Source: Thermodesulfobacteriota bacterium
GTDB lineage: Bacteria; Desulfobacterota; WTBG01; JAGOGO01
Length of the DNA stretch: 32,000 nt
NCBI GenBank assembly: GCA_026625185.1
Contig: CP113000.1
Location: 2,355,622-2,387,621, forward strand
Reading direction: 5' to 3'
Shown piece after piece: positions 26,678 to 32,000 of the stretch; position 1 is the first letter of the stretch; every line of letters starts with the position of its first letter. A program made the translations under genes and the position numbers. Under the pieces are notes generated by a model. It did not search any database. It had not been told where the DNA came from and saw nothing but the letters and a program-made list of their open reading frames with translations.

Positions 26678-27676
26678 TTGTTTTCAGGTAAACTTTTTGA
26701 CTCACTGAGGTACAAGTCCATGATTTTCGAAGAACCATCAGCGCTCAGAAGACGTATCAGTGAGGTGACTAATAGAGAAGCGTTGCGTCAGGTCAATGTT
26801 TTTGAGGACACCTCAGAATTTATGTCAATCGATGCAGGCGACATTCTCCGATTATCAGGCAACGACTACTTGGTAACGGGCCATGCGCGGGAAGGCCGGT
26901 TCGGAATAGACGAGCAAATAAAGTTCTGGGTCAAGACCTCCATTGATCTTACCACTGGCGTAAAGAAGATTATCAAAATGAACTTCCGCGAAATGTTTAA
27001 CAGCCGAATCGGGGAAACCGTATTTCGATGCTTGCGAAGTCCGGAAAAGGAGTCTGAGATTCTTCGTAAGATGCACGGACACCCAAATTTTATGCAGGGT
27101 CAATCCGTGCATGATGCGGCTGGCAATATAGTGCGGATTATTGACTTCATTTCCGGACCATCGCTCTATGAATATCTGCGACAGCAAAAAATGTCTCATG
27201 AGGAATACTACCACCTGGAGCTCTCCAAAGTTATGCAGCTATTTATAAGGTCAATTAAAGCGATTGTGCATTTACATAAGCAAGGATTGCATCACGGTGA
27301 CATCCGGGCCGACCACATTATCATAAAAAACAAAGCAGATGCTTATATATGGATCGACTTCGACTATGAGATCGACTATCTGAACTATGACTTATTCTGT
27401 TTAGGCAACGTTCTTCAACAGGTGGTGGGGAAGGGGAGACATTCTTTAGACAACATTCGTCTTCAGCCATCGAATTATCCATATTTCAATAAAACGTTGG
27501 CTCCGGCCGACATGTCGCTGATGTTCAGGCATAGAGTCAGCAACGTGCGTAAACTGTATCCCTACATATCTGAATCTTTAAACGAAATTCTCATGCGGTT
27601 CTCTGTTGGAGCTACCGAATTCTATAAAAATGTGGACAGCCTTCTGGAGGATCTTTGTTTTCTGTTTCCTTCTTGA
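26678..27676 (+). CDS. atypical protein-kinase-like (PKL) fold protein
   Basis: The ORF runs from TTG 26678. ATG 26720 (MIFEEP.., GAGG 9 nt upstream) is an equally plausible start. The catalytic-loop-like sequence LHHGDIRADHIII has His where the metal-binding Asn is expected. There is a DFG-like WIDFDYE, a Lys candidate in KKIIKM, and a Glu candidate in ESEILRKM. No TM segment or partner domain is present. Confidence 0.7.
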   Translation: MFSGKLFDSLRYKSMIFEEPSALRRRISEVTNREALRQVNVFEDTSEFMSIDAGDILRLSGNDYLVTGHAREGRFGIDEQIKFWVKTSIDLTTGVKKIIKMNFREMFNSRIGETVFRCLRSPEKESEILRKMHGHPNFMQGQSVHDAAGNIVRIIDFISGPSLYEYLRQQKMSHEEYYHLELSKVMQLFIRSIKAIVHLHKQGLHHGDIRADHIIIKNKADAYIWIDFDYEIDYLNYDLFCLGNVLQQVVGKGRHSLDNIRLQPSNYPYFNKTLAPADMSLMFRHRVSNVRKLYPYISESLNEILMRFSVGATEFYKNVDSLLEDLCFLFPS

Positions 27677-27723
27677 AGGTAAGATGTCGGGGAACGGAGG
27701 AGTGTTGGTAACGTGATGTTTGA

Positions 27724-28080
27724 ATGAGGGTAGATGATACAGATGACCTTGCACTCCAGGACCGGCGGGAAGTTTTATCCCGTCTTTTTTATACCCGGAA
27801 AGAGCTTTCCGAAATTCCGGTTACTGCCAAGGCGATGACCTCTTTTATTACTGTTGATGAGGGTATTTCTATCGGGTGTAGGTTTTATCCTACAAAAAAA
27901 GAAACGGCCACTATTTTTTATTTTCATGGGAATAGTGAGATCGCGAGCGACTATGACTATGTCGCTCCGCTTTATAATGAAATCAATGTTAACATTTTTG
28001 TAGCTGATTATCGGGGGTAGGGGTTAAGCAATGGGCAACCGTCCGCCGTCGCTTCAATAAAAGATGCACATGAAGACGAC
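27724..28080 (+). pseudogene. alpha/beta-hydrolase gene remnant (in-frame TAG, 3' part missing)
   Basis: The N-terminal 98 aa end ..IFYFHGNSEIASDYDY..NVNIFVADYRG then TAG (28018-28020). The same frame continues GLSNGQPS.., so the conserved DYRGYG.S.G.PS block has its Tyr codon replaced by a stop. No GxSxG nucleophile elbow follows, and the frame runs into the antisense of sppA. Confidence 0.6.
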
Positions 28081-28086
28081 TTGGTA

Positions 28087-28974
28087 TCAGCGGCCAAGAG
28101 AACCAAGATAACTGAAACGATAGGGAAAGTAGAGGACCTCTTCCCATTTGTGCAAAGTTTCCCCAACAAAATAATCAAAAAAGGAGAGTTTTTTCTTCGG
28201 GTAGATAAGCTCCGGCTCTCCTTTTATTCCCCCCAGTTTGGCGGCAATATCCACCGCATCGCTAAAATTTCCCAGTTCATCAATAAGCCCAAGAGCTTTT
28301 GCTTGAGTGCCGGTAAAAATCCTTGCATCGGCAATGGACTCCATTTGCTTTTCGGTTAAATGCCGTGAATTAACGACTGCTGATACGAACTGATGGTGTA
28401 TATCATCCACCACTGCCTGGAGTAAATTTTTCTCCTCATCTGTCATTTCCCGAATGGGTGACATAACGTCTTTGTATTTTCCACTTTTTAGGACGACGCC
28501 TTTAAGCCCGATTTTACCTAATAGTTCCTCGAAATTGGCATATTCCACAATCACGCCAATACTTCCCGTAATCGCGCCCGAATTGGCGACAATGGTATCG
28601 CAGGCACAGGCCACATAATATCCCCCTGATGCACCGAGGGAACCGATAGAAGCAACCACTTTTTTATCTTTTTTTATTTTTTTGATTTCCTCGTAAATTT
28701 CTTGGGAGGGGCCAACTCCGCCACCGGGAGAATCAATGCGAACGACGATCGCCTTTACTCTATTATTTTTTTTAAATTCATGGAGTTGATCGATAATGGC
28801 AAGGGAGTCGGTAATGATTCCGGTGATGGGAACAACCCCAATTTTTTCTCCAAGCGAAAGGTTTCTCTCTTTGCCGATAAAAGAGGAAATAAAAATTGCG
28901 AAGAAGAAAAAAAGGAACAAAGCAATACCTAAACCGAATAACCCTTTTAAAATAGGATGCTTCTTGATCGTCAT
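28087..28974 (-). CDS. sppA: signal peptide peptidase SppA (36K type, S49 family)
   Basis: 295 aa with an N-terminal TM anchor, IDSPGG, a catalytic Ser context GSLGASGGYYVA and a Lys context SGKYKD. Confidence 0.9.
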   Translation of the reverse strand: MTIKKHPILKGLFGLGIALFLFFFFAIFISSFIGKERNLSLGEKIGVVPITGIITDSLAIIDQLHEFKKNNRVKAIVVRIDSPGGGVGPSQEIYEEIKKIKKDKKVVASIGSLGASGGYYVACACDTIVANSGAITGSIGVIVEYANFEELLGKIGLKGVVLKSGKYKDVMSPIREMTDEEKNLLQAVVDDIHHQFVSAVVNSRHLTEKQMESIADARIFTGTQAKALGLIDELGNFSDAVDIAAKLGGIKGEPELIYPKKKLSFFDYFVGETLHKWEEVLYFPYRFSYLGSLGR

Positions 28975-29023
28975 GGCTATCCAATGTTACGGTTTAACAT
29001 AATCGGGCGCACGATTACGAGGA

Positions 29024-30904
29024 TCATTCCTCTGATGAAGGCTTTTCCTCGGTCAAACTTTCAGGAGGAGCGGCTTCGGCTTGCGGTTCTTCTTTAATGG
29101 GTTCACACTTTTGCTCAGCGCCTTCCGACTCTGTGGTTTCTCTCGGTAATTTTTCCGGGGGGGGAGCCTTTGTTTCTAATATTTCTCCTAAAGACGTTGC
29201 CGGAGCTTCCTGAACCGTAAGATATTTTTTTGCTTCATCGTATTCAGTTTTCTTTTCTAATCCTTTGAGACTTAGACCGATCTTTCTTTCTGCTTCGTCA
29301 ATATGAATAATCAAAGCCTTGAGATAATCCCCAACTTTTACAAACTCAGAGAGCTTGCCGGCCTTATCCTTGTTTATTTCGGAAATGTGGATAAGTCCTT
29401 CAATTCCTTCGGCAAGCTCAAGGAATATACCAAAGTCGGTAATATTGGTAACTTTTCCTTCGAATACTTCTCCGGGGGAGTATTTATGAGAGATCCCTTC
29501 CCACGGATCTTTTTCCAACTGTTTTATTCCAAGAGAGAAACGTTCTTGTTTTTCGTCAATATTGAGGACGATAGCTTGAATTTTTTGTCCTTTTTTATAG
29601 ACCTCACCAGGATGTTTGATTTTCTTGGTCCATGAGAGGTCAGAAATGTGGATAAACCCATCAATACCTTCATCTAAGCCCACAAACAGGCCGAACTCGG
29701 TAATATTTTTAATGTTTCCTTCAATAATGGTTCCCACGGGATATTTTTCTTTAACGATATTCCACGGATTAGGCTCTAACTGCTTTATGCCTAATGATAT
29801 TCTCTTTTTAGGAGGATCCACGCTTAAGATGATCGCTTCGATCATATCATTGAGAGAGACAATCTGCGAAGGGTGGCGAATCTTTTTATTCCAGGAGATT
29901 TCCGAAATATGGATAAGTCCCTCGATGCCTTTTTCGAGTTCCACAAATATACCGTAATTGGTAAGGCTTACCACTTTTCCCGCAATTCTTTTTCCCACCG
30001 GGTATCTTCCGGAAGCATTCGTCCAGGGGTCAGAACTTAGCTGTTTTAGGCCAAGCGAGACCCGGCCTTTTTCTTTGTCCATGCCGATAACTTTTACCTT
30101 GATTCGGTCTCCCAAAGAAAACATCTCCGAAGGGTGGTTGACTCGTCCCCAGGACATATCCGTAATATGTAAAAGTCCGTCAACACCTCCCAGGTCAATA
30201 AACACTCCATAATCAGTAATATTCTTTACTGTACCTTCAATAACACTGCCTTCTTCCAAGGTCTTGAGGGTTTCGCCTCTTAAAGTTTCCCGTTCTTTTT
30301 CCAAAATAGATCGGCGAGAAATAACAATGTTACCCCGCTTCTTATTGAACTTTAAAATTTTGAATTTAAAAGTCTGGCCGATCAATCTGTCCATGTCTTT
30401 GATTGGGTGGAGGTCAATTTGTGAGCCGGGAAGGAAAGCCCTGACCCCGATTTCCACGGAAAGACCTCCTTTGATCCGGGAAATCACTCTCCCTTCAATT
30501 GTCTCGTCATTTTCATAGACCTTGCCGATTTTGTCCCAGACCTTCGCTTGATCCGCCTTGGTTTTGGAAAGAACGATCAGTCCATCTTCGTCTTCTCTTC
30601 TTTCCAAGAGCACATCAACTTTATCGTTTACCTGTATCGAGATCCCCCCGCTTTCATCCTGGAATTCTCGGATGGGGATTTGTCCTTCAGATTTATATCC
30701 CACATCTATCAAAACGTATTCGGCACTGATTCTGACGACCGTTCCTTCAACGACCTCTCCTTCTTGGATGTCTTTCAAGGTATTTCCATAAAGTTGATCC
30801 ATCATTTCATAAGAATCATCCGGATCTCCTTCCTGCTCATCAGCGGCTGCAATGACCGGCTGAGTCTGTATTTTTTTCTCAATTATTGTTTCACTTTTAT
30901 CCAT
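29024..30904 (-). CDS. rpsA: 30S ribosomal protein S1
   Basis: 626 aa with six S1 OB-fold repeats (G..v.G.V..i..yG.FV.l..g.eGL.HiSe). It has an acidic N-terminal leader and a P/E-rich C-terminal tail. The start overlaps the cmk 3' end by 22 nt. Confidence 0.95.
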   Translation of the reverse strand: MDKSETIIEKKIQTQPVIAAADEQEGDPDDSYEMMDQLYGNTLKDIQEGEVVEGTVVRISAEYVLIDVGYKSEGQIPIREFQDESGGISIQVNDKVDVLLERREDEDGLIVLSKTKADQAKVWDKIGKVYENDETIEGRVISRIKGGLSVEIGVRAFLPGSQIDLHPIKDMDRLIGQTFKFKILKFNKKRGNIVISRRSILEKERETLRGETLKTLEEGSVIEGTVKNITDYGVFIDLGGVDGLLHITDMSWGRVNHPSEMFSLGDRIKVKVIGMDKEKGRVSLGLKQLSSDPWTNASGRYPVGKRIAGKVVSLTNYGIFVELEKGIEGLIHISEISWNKKIRHPSQIVSLNDMIEAIILSVDPPKKRISLGIKQLEPNPWNIVKEKYPVGTIIEGNIKNITEFGLFVGLDEGIDGFIHISDLSWTKKIKHPGEVYKKGQKIQAIVLNIDEKQERFSLGIKQLEKDPWEGISHKYSPGEVFEGKVTNITDFGIFLELAEGIEGLIHISEINKDKAGKLSEFVKVGDYLKALIIHIDEAERKIGLSLKGLEKKTEYDEAKKYLTVQEAPATSLGEILETKAPPPEKLPRETTESEGAEQKCEPIKEEPQAEAAPPESLTEEKPSSEE

Positions 30905-31593
30905 TCAATTTTACCCCCTAATTTTTTTTTTGCTTGGATGACTTCCATCATCCGGGCAATAACCGCTTCAACAGTCATTGCCGAAGAATTTATTATAACA
31001 GCATCAGGCGCCGGCTTTAAAGGACCATGGCTTCTTGTACTGTCATTATGGTCTCGTGTTATGATATCCTGCGTTACTTGCTCCAGGCTTATTGATAAGC
31101 CCTTAAGCGTTAATTCATTAAATCTTCTTCTCCCCCTTTCTTCGGTCGTTGCGTCTAAAAAAAACTTAACCTCCGCGTCAGGGAAGACTACTGTCCCCGC
31201 ATCTCTTCCTTCTAAAACCAGTTTCCCTTTTTCTCCTATCTTTCTTTGGAGAGCCGTGATCTGGTTTCGAACGGCCTTTCTGGCTGATATTCGCGAGGCA
31301 AGCATACTTATATCGGGAAAGCGGATACGCTCCGAGACATCGCGACCATGGTTCAGGATCGTTATCTTTCCATTGGTAGTGCGAAAGGTAACCTCTAAGT
31401 TTTTACAGAGGTCTACCAATGCGTCTTCATTTTCTTCCGCGATTTTTTTTTGCATTGTTTCAAGGGCGACAATACGATATAACGCACCGGAGTCAACATA
31501 CGTATATCCCAAAAGATTTGCGAGGCCAATGCTTACCGTGCTTTTCCCAGCACCCGAGGGGCCATCTATGGTAATGATCGATACCATGAGCAC
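30883..31593 (-). CDS. cmk: cytidylate kinase
   Basis: P-loop IDGPSGAGKST and the LID region RRRFNEL. The track start is GTG 31593, and ATG 31587 is an alternative. It begins 3 nt after the aroA stop. Confidence 0.9.
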   Translation of the reverse strand: MLMVSIITIDGPSGAGKSTVSIGLANLLGYTYVDSGALYRIVALETMQKKIAEENEDALVDLCKNLEVTFRTTNGKITILNHGRDVSERIRFPDISMLASRISARKAVRNQITALQRKIGEKGKLVLEGRDAGTVVFPDAEVKFFLDATTEERGRRRFNELTLKGLSISLEQVTQDIITRDHNDSTRSHGPLKPAPDAVIINSSAMTVEAVIARMMEVIQAKKKLGGKIEWIKVKQ

Positions 31594-31596
31594 ATT

Positions 31597-32000
31597 TTAC
31601 TGAGATAATGAATCCAATAATTCCATGAAATTGGGAAACGAGGTGGCAATCAATGCCGTATCCTCAACCGTCGTTTCCCCGGATGCGGTTAATCCGGCAA
31701 TAATAAATGCCATGGCCACTCGGTGGTCTCCATAACTTGAAACTCGGGTGCCTTTAAGTTTTTGAGGACCAGTGATTGCCATACCGTCTTCGAATTCTTG
31801 CACCTGAACCCCAAATCGTCTTAACCCCTCAGCCATAGCCTTAATACGGTCTGTTTCTTTTACCCGAAGTTCTTTGGCATCGCGAATAATCGTTGTTCCT
31901 TCAGCTTGAGAAGCTGCAATTGCCAGAATCGGAAGCTCGTCAATGGTTCTGGGGATAAGCTCACCGCTTACTTCCACGCCTTTTAACAAAGAAGATTTTA
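31597..32000 (-). CDS. aroA: 3-phosphoshikimate 1-carboxyvinyltransferase (C-terminal part; gene continues past window edge)
   Basis: EPSP synthase C-terminal motifs are LRVKETDRI, DHRVAMAF and ATSFPNF. The reading frame is open to position 32000. Confidence 0.9.
   Translation of the reverse strand, partial: KSSLLKGVEVSGELIPRTIDELPILAIAASQAEGTTIIRDAKELRVKETDRIKAMAEGLRRFGVQVQEFEDGMAITGPQKLKGTRVSSYGDHRVAMAFIIAGLTASGETTVEDTALIATSFPNFMELLDSLSQ

Noticed and set aside
28081-28359. 92-aa plus-strand ORF overlapping the sppA 3' end.
   Set aside because: It is antisense to sppA and is simply the in-frame continuation of the hydrolase pseudogene frame. It has no hydrolase motifs (no GxSxG) and no independent start context.
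30548-31603. 351-codon ORF on the plus strand, antisense to the rpsA N-terminus and all of cmk.
   Set aside because: It is completely covered by two unambiguous genes on the other strand. Its product is S/F/I/L/R-rich low-complexity sequence typical of antisense translation. It has no SD context. It crosses the two genes in two different relative frames, which argues against selection on the antisense frame. rpsA shows many other long antisense ORFs (29303-29635, 29616-29957 and others), consistent with codon bias depleting antisense stops. Its length is statistically unusual, but I see no positive coding evidence.

Overview
This 32-kb window comes from a moderately AT-rich diderm bacterium; the lineage cannot be determined from sequence alone. 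All calls rest on ORF structure and motif recognition from memory, with no database search. About 30 protein genes are present and most are housekeeping. On the plus strand: dprA-topA, a TolC-family outer-membrane factor, a lipoprotein, acyP, an FmdB-type zinc-ribbon protein, RNase HI, a MOT1-type anion transporter, leuC-leuD-leuB-rsmD-coaD, then acs followed by a coiled-coil porin, an OFA-family MFS transporter and a small beta-carbonic-anhydrase-like protein. On the minus strand: a MOSC protein, a REC-PAS-HisKA_3 kinase with a NarL-type regulator, a stand-alone cNMP-binding protein, queF, an endonuclease-III-like protein, and the conserved aroA-cmk-rpsA-sppA block. I found no CRISPR array, rRNA, intact tRNA, transposase, prophage or recognisable multi-gene defence system, and I cannot claim a clear new protein system. 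The unusual signals are mostly at the RNA or non-coding level. (1) A GC-rich structured leader plus intrinsic terminator lies in front of the MOT1-type transporter; its riboswitch class is unresolved. (2) leuC and leuD are split by 389 bp of nested hairpin and MITE-like repeats. (3) An A11 tract uncouples the TolC-like ORF from its SD and ATG. (4) A 44-aa entericidin-like lipoprotein gene is missed by the ORF track. (5) A decaying islet holds an atypical kinase-like protein and an alpha/beta-hydrolase pseudogene with an in-frame TAG. (6) The acs leader is repeat-rich and palindromic. (7) A tRNA-Thr 5' half sits next to about 650 bp of non-coding DNA. (8) A 930-bp convergent gene desert has no supportable ORF.
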